From Rhina ancylostomus (Eukaryota), in assembly GCA_030265395.1 (NCBI GenBank), contig JARFYF010000066.1, forward strand, positions 18,165,653 to 18,229,652: a DNA stretch of 64,000 nt, written 5' to 3'. Numbering within the stretch: position 1 is the stretch's first letter; each line of letters opens with the position of its first letter. Under the pieces are notes generated by a model, which did no database searches, was not told the origin of the DNA, and worked only from the letters and a program-made list of their open reading frames with translations. Of this stretch, positions 11,980-24,450 are shown one piece after another. The position numbers were made by a program, and so were the translations under genes.

Positions 11980-12785
11980 AGAGAGACTCTTCCTCCACCA
12001 CACACCCAAGTAGCATGTCCCAGGCTGCAACCACGCTCTGAGCAAAGTTATTCCTCAGGTCCCCTCTAAACCTCCCACCCCTTACCTAAACCTATGCTCT
12101 CTAGTTTTACATACTGTACCTCTGCTATGGGAAAAGTTTCCTGTTATCAACCCTGTCTATGCCCTTTATTGTGTTTTTATGCCTCAGTCAGGTACCCACC
12201 CCCAGCCTACTCCACTCCAAGGAAAGTTAACATAGCCCCATCCCAGGTAACATCCTGGTGAATTCCCCTCCAGTCACTTATCCCTGCAACCACGCTAAGC
12301 CCCTACACCTCCTCCCTCACCACCATTCTTTCCGGTCCTGATGAAGGGGCTCAACCCGAACCATTGGTTGTCCATTTCCCCCCACAGATTCTGCCTGACC
12401 CACTGAGTTCCTCCAGTTCCTTTGTTTTTTGATCCTGGCAAATCTCCTCTACACCCTCTCCAGTGCAATCATGCCGTTCCTATAGTTTGATGACCAGAAT
12501 GACACACAGTAGTCCAGTTGTGGCCTAACCAATGTTTTATAAAGCTGTACAATAACCTTCCTGCTCTTATATTCTAGGCCCTAGCTAATGAAGGCAAGAA
12601 TCATATGCCACTTACACAATCTTATCTATTTGTGTTGGTATCTTCAAGAATCTTGGATTTGTAAACCAAAGTACCTCTGTTCCTCAATACTCCCTTGGGC
12701 AATACTATTCATTGCATACATTCTAGACCTCCTAGATTGCATCATCTTGAACTTACCGGTAATTAAATTCTATTGCTCTACCCAT
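11980..12785 (-). mobile_element. CR1 LINE 3' fragment containing a nested Penelope-like pLTR piece (~12280-12430)
   Basis: Reverse complement shows a RPQLDYCVSFWS-like motif and the typical CR1 C-terminus. Confidence 0.8.
12280..12430 (+). mobile_element. Penelope-like element pseudo-LTR fragment with a degenerate hammerhead motif
   Basis: cctgatgaaggggctcaacccgaacc followed by gcctgacccactgagttcctccag. Confidence 0.7.
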
Positions 12786-13648
12786 CTCAAATGATCCTCA
12801 TTAACACCAGCAAAACCTCATTACAAAGATGTAGCAGAGGTTGGAACTTTTATCCAAATTGCCCTCAGCTGGGGTTGAACCTCTATTACTGGGTTTGCTT
12901 TCAGAAACACAACCACCTGTGACAAACTTGCAATCACTGGCATTGAATCTAATTTTGCCAAGATGCTCTGCCCANNNNNNNNNNAAGGATAGAATCTATA
13001 ATTAGACTGTTCATGCTTTTCATTTTGAGAGAACTTCACAGATGTATGACTGGGTTTTATTGAAATTCCACTGACAACAGCTGCCCAACAGCAAGATTCT
13101 CTTGGCCAAGTACCAACAAGGCAAATGTAACTGGCCTTCCTTTCTGTTTGTTTCCATGTTGAGCTGTCCAATTTTCCTAATGCTGCAAGTACCAGGGCAT
13201 TGTTAACCAAGCAGGGATGCTGCAACAAATACCATTCTTTCTTTTTATTTTCACTAGCCTTCAAAATTCCTGAAACTTCAGGGCCACAGGTGATGTGAAA
13301 TTCCTGCTACTTATCAAAGGGACACTGGAGTAGACAAAACCAATACCATCACTGGATTCATATAAAAGGTCCCCACTTGCTCACTTGCAAGCACATTGAT
13401 GTTATGCGCCAACAAGGTTTCTTAATGAATGTTTTCTTTTAGTAGCATGCCCACTATACAACTTGGGACAGGGTACACAGGAGCATTTAAACAAATGTTG
13501 GGGTTCTCTTAAGGAAATAACAAAGTAGTATTGGTATACTGAGCAGGTCATCTAAAATAAAATGTTAAATCACAACCTCTTGCCCAATTGTCACTACCAT
13601 GATCCTTCAGATTCCATTTCAAACAGGTCTTTCATTGCAATAACCCAC

Positions 13649-13725
13649 CGGTTATCATTGAGCTGTGTGTAACGAGGCTGGGGATCAGGGTCATTATTGT
13701 TCACATCATAACTGGCACCAGGATC
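13649..13725 (-). CDS. furin: Furin exon 6 equivalent: DPGASYDVNNNDPDPQPRYTQLNDN(R)
   Basis: 77 nt; acceptor gttctag, donor gtgggt; too short for the ORF track and read by hand. Confidence 0.95.
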
Positions 13726-14570
13726 CTAGAACAGAAAAGAAAAGACTGCTTTAGTTGTCTTGTCCCTCTGCAAAAAAAGTTCCTCCAGTTGGACAAAGGA
13801 CTGGACTTTGCTTGACTTCTGCTAGTACTCAAGAAAACTAATTTATCAGAGAGATCAAATGAGATGGAATTTTTGGGAGGTACTTGCTTGGACTTTTATG
13901 TCAATTGCACAACTCCTCCCTAGGTCTGGCAATCAATAATGCCACTAGATCTCTTTGCAAAAGGGGACAGGTAAATCAGAAGAGGGGGGGAGAATATTCT
14001 CATTCAACTAATCTGATATTTACATCTATTGTCTTCAATATGAAATTAGACAGCAATTTTAATAGTGGAATATTTGCCTCTGTAGGGACGAAAGAAACTG
14101 AATTTTCTCCACGTTTTAGTACGACTCTGATGTGCTCTGCCCTTGAGCTGTATGGAGTTGATTAATTAGTTACTGCAAATTACCCCAATATATGAGAACC
14201 AGCAAGTTGAAGGGCACGTAAAAGAGAACAGGTTACAGGGAAGCACGCTGGGAAATGGGATTGCTCGGAGCCTGTTTAGACAGTGTGCCAAATGGCCCAT
14301 CTTGTAAGAGACCACGAGAAAAAGTATGAACTTTGTGGATTATTTCTTGTTGCATTAGAGATATTGTATGTGACTGAACTGTTCATTGGTTTATGGTCAA
14401 CAAGTGAAGCTCAGTTTTTATGTTGAAAATGATTGTATTTTTCCCCTAGCTGTGGTCTGGGAACATTAGGCAATGCTTTTCCCCGCAAACCAGGAATCTA
14501 GTTCAGTTGCATTCCTTCTTAAGTGATCACTGGAATCATGCTGCATTGAGAATTTAATATGTCTACTTAC

Positions 14571-14699
14571 ATAATTGATTTCTAAATCTGGGTGATTCTT
14601 CTCAATTCCATCATCCAGAATGGAGACGACCACACCCTTCCCTGTATAACCTTGCTTCCAGGCGTCTTGCACATTTAGGTCCCGATGATTTGAATTATG
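14571..14699 (-). CDS. furin: Furin exon 5 equivalent: [43 protein letters not shown]
   Basis: 129 nt; acceptor ttaattag, donor gtaagt; catalytic Asp in ILDDG. Confidence 0.95.
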
Positions 14700-15243
14700 C
14701 TAATTAAAACAGAGCAATACAAAGCTTTACCATCAGCTTTGATTGTGCACAAAATAAATGAAACCTTTTTGCCTTAGCTTTGCCATTTCAATAACGATGC
14801 TCCGAGTTCTTGTTGCATCTTCAGACTCCTTTGAAAAGTTCCTTAGTAGCTGAAGATTTAGCACCAGTATAACCACTTCAGCATCGTACAGTAAAACACC
14901 AATCATCATCAACAAACAGCTGATTGTTCAGAAGTCTCGATAAACTGAGATTTGGCTCACTGATTAGTATGGCATATAAACTGAAGATCCAGGGTGTGCA
15001 GACAGAGCTGGGGGTTTAGAGTGCAGCCAGGACCCACACTGTGGGCCAGTATGCAGCTGGAATTGTGGCTGAGGTCTGGAACTCCAGGTAACAGGTAAAT
15101 ATGAGTTAGTCTGCTGCCAGACCTAGGGTCTGGAGAGCTTGGATATCTACCACTCCACTTTAACTAATGAGGTCCATTGGAAAATTCAATTATTGTATAC
15201 CATGCGACAAAAGTGAAATAAAAGTGTGCTTCGGTATTAAGGG

Positions 15244-15322
15244 GAGTAATATCCAATAATCCGGAAAATCTGCTGGTCCAGTACCAAAGCTCCAAGAGTG
15301 CCGCATTATCTAGATTTCACTG
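15244..15322. mobile_element. Possible short MITE remnant (pogo/Tigger-like imperfect TIRs)
   Basis: gagtaatatccaataatccgg ... ccgcattatctagatttcactg form imperfect inverted ends. Confidence 0.35.
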
Positions 15323-16633
15323 GCTACTTTATTATCTACACTAACTTTATCCAACTCAAATTCCATACAGAGCACTCAAGGTTTATTGCTTCCTTAGTGG
15401 AACACTAGAAACTTGACCAATAGCTTCCTGGATACATTACTAGAGAAATGTTGCCTATCTGTTAGCAAGGGTACCTTGTGCAGGTGGGGTATTTCAATGG
15501 CAAACAATAAACACATTGCACTTAAAAACCAAATGGGTCATAAAACAATTGGGAACCAATGGCTGCAATAGGTTTGGTCTTGAAAGTGTTTTTTAAGACA
15601 ATGTTGTGTTGCATCTCTAAACTGCCAAGGAGCCAATCTACATACCATGCACAAAACAGACCAATAAAAGCTTTTAAAAAAAGACACCAGTCCTCATCGA
15701 TCGCACTCCTGCTGGGTCTGTGAACTGGAAAACTATTTACAGGGTCAAGGTTTACCAAATTCTTTGTAAAATATTATTAACATGGGAAGATTCAAGGGCC
15801 AAGCTTGTAAACTGACAAATGATGGATATCAAAAATTACCTATGAGAAGAGATAAAGAGACGGTTAGATTTTTGAAGAGAGAGTATTATTTGTCTCCGCA
15901 GGTGTGCCTGACAGGGGTAGGACGAATAAAAACTTCAAAGCTCACAAAAGGAATCAATATTGGACAGAAATGTAATGCTTGGGAGAGCTACAAGTGATCT
16001 GCTACTTCATATTCCATTATCAGGAACATAGCAGCAGTCCGTCCAAGCCCTTCAAGCCAACACGACCATTCAATTACAACATGGCTGCTCTGTAACAAAG
16101 CCAATTTATTCACTTTTTGGGATTGCTGGCAGACACCAGTTACCTTCTTGGAGTCCTCCCCTACCTTCATACCCCTGCCCATCTGTCAATGTCAGTTCTA
16201 CAATTTTCAATTGCTCCCCAGTGCCACGCCACCCTCACATACTTCATTCGGAGGTGGGGGTGGTGCTGCAAGAAGAATTTCACAACCATTTGAATGGAGC
16301 AGTTTTGACTTTCTCTCTCCAAGGGCTGGCTCTAAATTTTAACATTAATCACTGGAATGATTAAAATTAAGATCTCTTTTCTAGTAACCTCTGAAGACAG
16401 GATTGAGGGTTGAAGCTTCAACTCAATTCACACATCAAACCCACCTTTTCTCAACACAAAATAAATTTTTCAAGCTCATCTGCATTTTTTGCCATAATAT
16501 CCTTGCCTTAGAACTTGCTCTACAACTTCTATTCTTCTTAAACTTTTTAAGTCTAATTTTCCTTTCAACACTGATATTCCTTTACCTGGAAGCCTTCACT
16601 ACAATGATCCAAAAGTCTAACCCAAGGAAGATA

Positions 16634-18342
16634 GGCCACTGTAGCACTGCTAGCGAACATTTGCGGACCGAGCAGAATATCTTCACTGCTTGTCTAAAAT
16701 GGCAAAACACTTTCGAATTCACAATGGCTACCTTACTAACCCAAGTCAGCAGAAGACCCACAGCTCTGTGTCGAATCTAAATCACATTTCTTAANNNNNN
16801 NNNNNNNNNNNNNNNNNNNNNNNNNNNNNNNNNNNNNNNNNNNNNNNNNNNNNNNNNNNNNNNNNNNNNNNNNNNNNNNNNNNNNNNNNNNNNNAATCTA
16901 AATCACATTTTTTAAATTAGACAAGTCTGGGCCGGCTAGTGGAATTTTGGGTTCGAATGTTTGCTGCCTCTTAGTTTTCTCCTTTAACCATTCCTTGAAT
17001 TTCTCAACAATTCTGTACAAAACTCTTCTTTCATATTTGAGCATGATTTGCTGTCCTCCTTCCTTACGGGGCAGGAGGAAGTTCTGCACTTCCATTCTAG
17101 CACATCAGTTTGGTCCAGTACACAGATTACAACTTACCAGGTACCACTGCAGTGAAAACTTGGGGTCATTTGGTTCTGTGTAAATATCCCGCTTTGTTCT
17201 TCTTTTTACTACTTGTTGTTCCAGCCATTTGACCTGTTTACAAAGATAAAATAGCAGCTTACAGAAAAAACAATCCAGTAAACTATTCATCTCTAAAGTA
17301 TATTGCAAATAAGTAATTGTTTAACTGGATTTAAAACACATCTGGTGCACAAATTGAATGGGAAGGAAAAGGTGGTGGATTTTGGATGCTGTTCAAAGAA
17401 CTCCACCTATTATTTGAAAAGTTTACAAATAATGCCTTTGTCTTTGAGAAACAAAATGGTTCAAAACTATTTGGCTTAATGGAAACTCAGCCTTTCATAC
17501 TTCCTTTCAAGAATACTACACATTTAGGCATTTATTTCAACTAGAGGAACAATTTTGGTCACATCAGTTAAATTGGAACTAGCAGACATGAAAGACATAC
17601 CAATAAGCTCACAGGACCATAACCAAGACCTCTGAATTGAAAGAAAGTTTCAATTTATCAGTACTTGAGCCCTCTTGACATTTATCTTCAAAATTAATTT
17701 CTTAACAAAATAATCGACAAAGGACAAGAAGCAACACTCATTTGATCCTTTATTATAAGTCATTTAAAACTAGCCATTTACACAATCTACTATGCTCACC
17801 AAGAGTTCTCACCAAGTTGCTGCATGTTTAAAAAGTCTGTTCTGAGATAAACCCAAATTTAAGATGGTGAGCTATGTTCAATGGAAATTATGCAAGCACT
17901 GTGATGCACAAGATCTAATCTATTAAGCAGTTTGTTAATTCACAGCCGCCACCCAGCCACAGATGGTATCATCCCAATGGCATGTACTCCACTTGCGAAC
18001 AGTTCCATGTCGATCTCTTTAGAGTCTAACACATGGGCTACTGTAACATTGTTAGCAAACATTTGTGTACCAAGGAGAATATCTTCACTGCTCTTCCAAA
18101 ATGAGAGGTAATTTTCAAATTCACGATAGCCACCCTCCCTAACACAAGTCAGCAGAAGAACCACAGCTCTACATGTCACCTAAATCATATCTTCTAAATG
18201 ACAGAAGTATAGGCTGACTGGTAGAATTCTTGGCTCGGGAGTTTTCTGCACCAGTTTTCTCTTTTAACCATTGCTTGAATTTCTCAACAATTCTGTACAA
18301 CTCTTCCTTCAGATTTGTGCATGTTTTGCTGTCCTCCTTCCT
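16634..18342. repeat. Diverged ~310-bp direct repeat pair (16634-17064 including a gap; 18036-18342) flanking furin exon 4
   Basis: Colinear similarity by eye; core 16973-17020 versus 18253-18300 is 46/48 identical. Confidence 0.85.
17138..17233 (-). CDS. furin: Furin exon 4 equivalent: VKWLEQQVVKRRTKRDIYTEPNDPKFSLQWYL
   Basis: 96 nt; acceptor taaacag, donor gtaagt; contains the RTKR/D primary autocleavage site. Confidence 0.95.
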
Positions 18343-21300
18343 CGTGGTTCTGAAGCCAATGTTATAAATTGATGAACAAATACAAGATAAATACATTTTA
18401 ATTAAAATAGAAAATGCTGAAAATAAACAGCGGTCAAACAGCAGCTATGGAAAGGAAATCAGTTAATGTTTCAGGGCGATGATGTATCAGAAGTAGAAAG
18501 ATTTACAAGTAATTAAATTATAGAGAAGGGGAGGGAGTGACATGAACAAAGGGAATGTCTGTGATTGAGTGGAGACCAGTGACTGGATAAGAGGTAATGG
18601 GGTGGCTGAATAGGGATGAAGGCTTGTTTATCAAAGCTGACCTATCTGAAGGAGGTGCAAATAGAAAGAAAACAGGAGAGACAGCTACTTGTGTCATTCC
18701 TGCAGATGTTCCCCTTGCTCTCTCCATCATTCCTCTTCACTAACTTGCAATACTTCATTTGTTTTTCTAATGTAAGATCAACCCAAAACATTAACTGTCT
18801 CACCTGAAGCAATTATTTTTTCACCATGTGCAGTTTTCCTTTGATAAATAATTGCATAAACACTGAACCAGAAGTTTTTCACTCCTACTCAAACAATGAA
18901 ATCATCAGGTTTGTTCAGAAGCCATCCAGTCACATGTAACACCACCACCAAGAAGTTGCCCTCCAAGCCACGCACCATCTTGACTGGGAAATAAATAGCC
19001 CTTCCTCACCATCAATGGGTCAAAACTGGAACTGAGTCCCTCAAAACATTGTGGGTATTCTCACACCTCAAGGACTGCAGCAGTTCATTCTGATAACTCA
19101 CCACCACCTTCTCAAGGGCAACTAGGGATGGGCAATTAAATGCTGACTCAATCTGCAAAGCCCACCTCTTGAATGAATATATAAAATAAAACATTATTCA
19201 GATGACACATTACTAAAGAGATTATTACAGATACTTTATCACTTGAAGCCCCAGCACAAAAAGTGAATCTTTCACTCCTCCTCCCACCTTCAGTGGAAAA
19301 TGATGTGCTGTTGATGCTGATATCAAAAATGTAGGTCTCCCTCAACCCAAACATCAGCTTCCTGCAGGGTCTGATATCAACCTGAAGTGAAGAGATTAGA
19401 GGGTGGGAAAATGGTCCGACATGGAACTGGATAATCAGCTGTTTTTAAATGATGGTCTCAGCAATTTTGAGAAATAAAAATCTGAATGTTTTAGTTACAG
19501 TGAATGCCTGAGAGAGATTGGGCCATGCACTAATATAGTGCCCCTTTTAGAAAAGTAAATTTATACCTCTTTCTGGATTGAGACAGGAGCTGCAAGTCTA
19601 CAAACCAATAAATTTAACTCAGAAATATTCCTCCCCTTGTTATAGAGAACTTCATTTAATATCTACAATATATTTATTAGGTCCACAAAGGCAGTAATAA
19701 AATTAAGTTTGAAGATGTGGGCTGAAAAACTGATAGTGAGAACCAGGTTAACTTAGAATCACTCGGATGGAATGTCAGCTATTAATAAAAGCTAATGCAT
19801 CATTTTTCTTTTACCACAATTACATTTAAAGCTTCACAGTTTGATCTCACAGTCCCTGCTCATTTAAGCTTACAACAGATAGAAGTTTCATTTTCCACTG
19901 ATTCAATTTTTTAATGATCATGCACTGTAAATTGATATTAAAGTGTATGAAAAATCAGAGTTCCATCATTGGTCCCTAAATCTGGAAAGCAGTGGATAAT
20001 GTGGTATATTGGACCAGAATCTTTTGATTCTGGTCACGTGTAGTAGTTATTGAGCATGGCGTTGGGAGATGAAACAGGACTGTGAACTGAATGCACAAGC
20101 TCCATTCCATTGGTGCAAAAGAAATGGTAGCCACTCATTTAACATTTCATTGCTTCAGCTAAAATATATAAACGCAGGAGAACTTTCAACTTATCCTCTA
20201 CCTTTTTGAAGAACAAAATTAGTTTGAGTCTCATAATTGCCTGGGCCAAACCCTGCTTGCTATTATTTACTCCTGTGCCATGCTTCCTAGTTTCCATTCA
20301 CACTCTGGCATTAGGGTCCATTGTATCTTGTGGTCACTCTCACCTGAAACTCTAATTATGGACCCAGGTCCAAATTTCACTTGAAGTTGGACTTCACAAC
20401 AGTAGCTAGTAAATAACAACACTATTTCAGAATGGAGAAATGCTACACTTAATACACAACGGAAAGTAATACACTTTGCAACTGGTTGACCACTTGTGTG
20501 ATGTTAACAATTTGGAATTTCTTTTCAATAAATGTGACACTGTTGGGAGACAGATTCATGATCCCTCCTGGTTACACAGATCTAACTCATCATCACCAGA
20601 TGGAGTCCGACCAACTTTTCCTGCCCAAGTACCTTTCTTGCTGTCCACATTCCAATAGGAATGTTTAAGAGTTCACCTTGAAACAGACTGTTCTTTCTTT
20701 GTTTTGACAGATGGCATTGTCTGCTTTCAGAGTTTGTTCTTCTCCCTTTATCATTTCCAACTGATCACGAGTCTAGTAAGCTTTGTAAACCCATTATGGG
20801 CTTCTGCCATTGAAGTATTACTTGATAAATAATNNNNNNNNNNNNNTGGCAGTGATGATTAAGTCTACAAAGAAATCTAATCAGCATGAATAAATAACAA
20901 AAGACCAATTGTTGGAAAAAAACTCTAAGTACCGCAATGAATGGCCTGTCTCACTGCTGACTACATTCTGCAGTCAAAATAAAAATATTTCCATCGAAGA
21001 TAGAAGAGTCTCCTCCATGTCCTTCCCAGCCAAGTTAGAATACAAACTTGGCTTTATTAAATGAATAAAGCAGTTAGCTTCTATCATTGTTTTTCTGCCA
21101 CAGACAGATTAATTCTCACAAGAACAAATAAGTTTGAATAGTGTCTGTAAAAAGATGCTAAACACCTGTTCACTGACCATGTGTCTTTATGCCATGGAAT
21201 AATCTTTATGACAGCGCCTTAAATGCTTCACGATCATATGAGGTGGCAAAGGTGAAGTCTTGACTTGAAATAGACTTGAAACTGAAGGCCCATCTTGGCA

Positions 21301-23744
21301 AAGGAACTGTAGTTCATGTCAAAACTTATTGATGGTCTGACACCCAAAATCTCTGCTTTTGCTCATTACATACGCATTATGGCAGCCAACATTTGTCCTA
21401 ATACCTTCTTCCAACAGCAACCAGCTGTTTGGAAGAAAATGCGGCATTGGTTTGGGTTTCAAGTGCTACTTATAGAACCTCAACACTTCATATCCACCTG
21501 CTGCTGAACTTCAAGCACTCAGCAGATTAAGACATATGCGTAGGATCACTTGTTCTGGAAATTCTGATGACCCTAAGTGGTACTGATCTACTAAACTGGC
21601 CAGCTTATGGTGAAGGTAATTGTTGGGGATATAAGGAGTTGGTCCAATAATGAGTGAAAGGAGGTTATGAAACCAGATAGAAGGGTGAGCTGCAACCTTC
21701 TTCCCCCTGTGGGTACAGGATGGAAGACCTCCAGTGGATCTCCAGAGTCCTGAGCCATTCCTCATTCTGCCCTTGGGTGCAGCCTTGTAGAAGTGGATGC
21801 AAGGACCCCATGCATACTAACTCACCAAAAGTGCATCTAATCAGTGCAAGTGGAAAACCTGCAGATGCTTGGTTCAACACCCTCAAATTCAAATTATGGC
21901 AATTTGCAATCAATCTAAACTGCAAGGTTTCAAATACTCACTCCAGTTATCCACTGATTGACTATTTGCAGATTTGTGAACTCATTAGGTCCCAGGCCCT
22001 CTCAAACAATCATTGTCTTTATAAATGTAGTGTTCTATTTCCATACCACTTGGTCAAGTGGCTCCCCACTGTCACAGAGTCTTTGTTTACACATTTGTGC
22101 CTTGTGATTTTAAAACAGATCACTGCTTTTAGTTTCAGTACATTTAACAGCAGCAGTTTGTTAGCTAATCGCTTTCAGTTATTTAAATGTTTTTTAATAT
22201 GTTTATTGATGAATGTTAATGCTTTTAGATTATAGGGCACTTGTGTGTTTATTTGGAAAGTGCATTGAGTACAAAGATGAGAGGCTGACAATATCCATGT
22301 CTTTTGATATCCTTGGCAAGTCTGTGCCCCTATTCCATATGGGAACTGGGGATTCAGTGTATCCTTATCTTGCAAACCCAATTTATAACCATTTTACCTG
22401 TGGTCAAAGTAGTCTCCTTGTGGAATGGACTACACAAGTTCAATCCAAACCATCTGTAACCATGCAGTCTTTTAGCATTGGGTTATCAGCCCTTTGTAAC
22501 TGGAACAGAATTCAGGAATTGAAGACTGAACACCACAATTTACTGTTTACTCTGAATGCTTCATGTGAGCAAGGAATTTCATTGCACCCTGGTGTATATA
22601 ACAATAAATTCATCTGAATCAATATTATTCAAAAGAATGAATAATCCAGAAGAAAAAAAATCAAAAACATCAGGAATTGATTTTCTTTAAATACTTGCTT
22701 ATTAAATCTTAAATATTAAGGATGGGGAAAGATAAGACAGTGTCTGTGCAATGCTATTGGAGGCAAGGGGCTGTGATTGAATCTTGCTGAAACAATTGTG
22801 TGTGGGGGAGAAAAATTAACTACTTCAACATGAAGTACCTCAAGATGAGAAGTTGCATGCATATAGTAATCCATCAATTATGAGAATCACTAATAACTTC
22901 ATTTTACCCCATCCACCATGAAAATAGTCTCATCACATGGAGCTGGGATACATGCCTCACGATACCACCTCTGGGGGAAGGTTTGCACTCCAACACTTTC
23001 TCTAACTCCGACTCCGACAAGGTCTCTATTTTAGCCTGACTAAAATCAGCATACTTAATCTGGTTCACAGCTGGTTTTACTAATCTGTTTATTTTAATTA
23101 AAAAGAGAATACACAATGGCAAAAAGACTGCAAATGACAGAACGTAATGAACATACTCCACTTTCACATTTATAGCAAACGGTGGATTAACAACAGAGCA
23201 AAGGCAAGCCTTGCTCTTTTTGTATGCAAATCTCAGGTCAAATGTTTGGTGTGCATTGTTTGCCTCTGCCAGCTGCATCCTGCTGGTACGCTAACAAGGA
23301 AATAAATGTACTGCCTTTGTGCTTCAAATTCAACCCGTCCTTCTTTTGTTTCCTTGAATGACTTATTTATCTCACCATCTAATTGCATGGGGATGCAAAA
23401 TCAATTACTGCTAAATACTGAAGGGCATAGTTTCCCAGAAAAGGAAAACAGAAAATATTCAGGAGACCTGAAATCACCACCTCTCCTGGCTTACAGTTCC
23501 AAGGGCCATCTTCACCAAGTAGCAATTATTCAGAAGTGGTGACACAACCTACTCCTACACAGAATGTGTCTTAGCCGAACTCAACCCTCTTCTCACAAAT
23601 TCCACATGCACACTGTGCAGCAAGGTAAGCAGTAGTGCTTTTCCTGATAATTTCTCCTCAACCGAACATCAACAGTAGTAGCACCCAGCTGCTGTGCCTG
23701 TGGGGATCAGTTCACCCACTGAAGAATGAGAATGGAACCTGGCA

Positions 23745-24450
23745 GTGAAAACAGAAAATGGTGGACGTTCTCAGCAGATAACAGCATATGTGGAGAGAGA
23801 GAAAAACAGCTGAAAATCTGGAAATCTGAAAAAACTGCTATGAAGTACCCAGCAGGTCAGGCAATGTCAATGGAGAGAGAAACAGAATTAAGTTGATGAA
23901 CTTCATTAAAAATCCAATAGTGGAAATGCATGCAAACACAGGAAGTGTAACACCTGCCTTTTTACCTCTTCCATTCCCACCATCCAGAGATTGAAACAGT
24001 CCTTGGAGGTGAAGCTCCTTTACTTACACTTCCATTTTCCTTTATTGAATGTGGTACTCATCATGTGGTCTCCTCTACATTTGATGAGCCGAACACTGGC
24101 TGAGTGACCAGTTTACAGAATACTGCTATTTAGTTTGCAAGCTTCTAGTTGCCAGTCTCTATTCCACACTGCCTTCCTGTATTGTTCCAATAAAGGCCTA
24201 CATAAGCTTAAGGAACAGGACCTCCTCTTTTGACTGGGCACTTCAGTCTTCAGGACTCAGAGTTCAATAATTTCAGTTAACAGAGCAAAGACAGACAGTG
24301 AATGTGCAGTGGGGAATTAAAGTGACAGGCAACTGGACATTTGGGCATTTTGCAAGATGGTCAGCCAACCTACATTTGCTTTCTCCAATGCAAGTGAATT
24401 GCTGCTTCACCATACAGCATCTGGGTTCCTGGAAGGTGGGTAGGGAAGAG
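23745..24450. mobile_element. Penelope-like element cluster: pLTR pieces, GIY-YIG endonuclease fragment (+, ~23960-24277) and an inverted fragment (-, ~24290-24450)
   Basis: Plus strand CGLLYI...HKLKEQDLLF.LGT...EFNNF; minus strand VKQQFTC/IGESKCRLADH...LPV. Confidence 0.7.

Noticed and set aside
12821-13264. 147-aa minus-strand ORF, plus similar short ORFs at 14733 and 15522, considered as a nested gene
   Set aside because: No recognisable homology or consistent splice chain; the first spans an N run.
16775-16915. Direct repeat aatctaaatcacatt[t/c]ttaa on both sides of a 100-N gap
   Set aside because: Overlapping contig ends differing by one base; an assembly or heterozygosity artefact.
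21720-22617. Longest gap-free plus-strand ORFs (171 and 134 aa)
   Set aside because: No recognisable domain, random-like composition, no supporting exon structure; antisense within furin intron 3.
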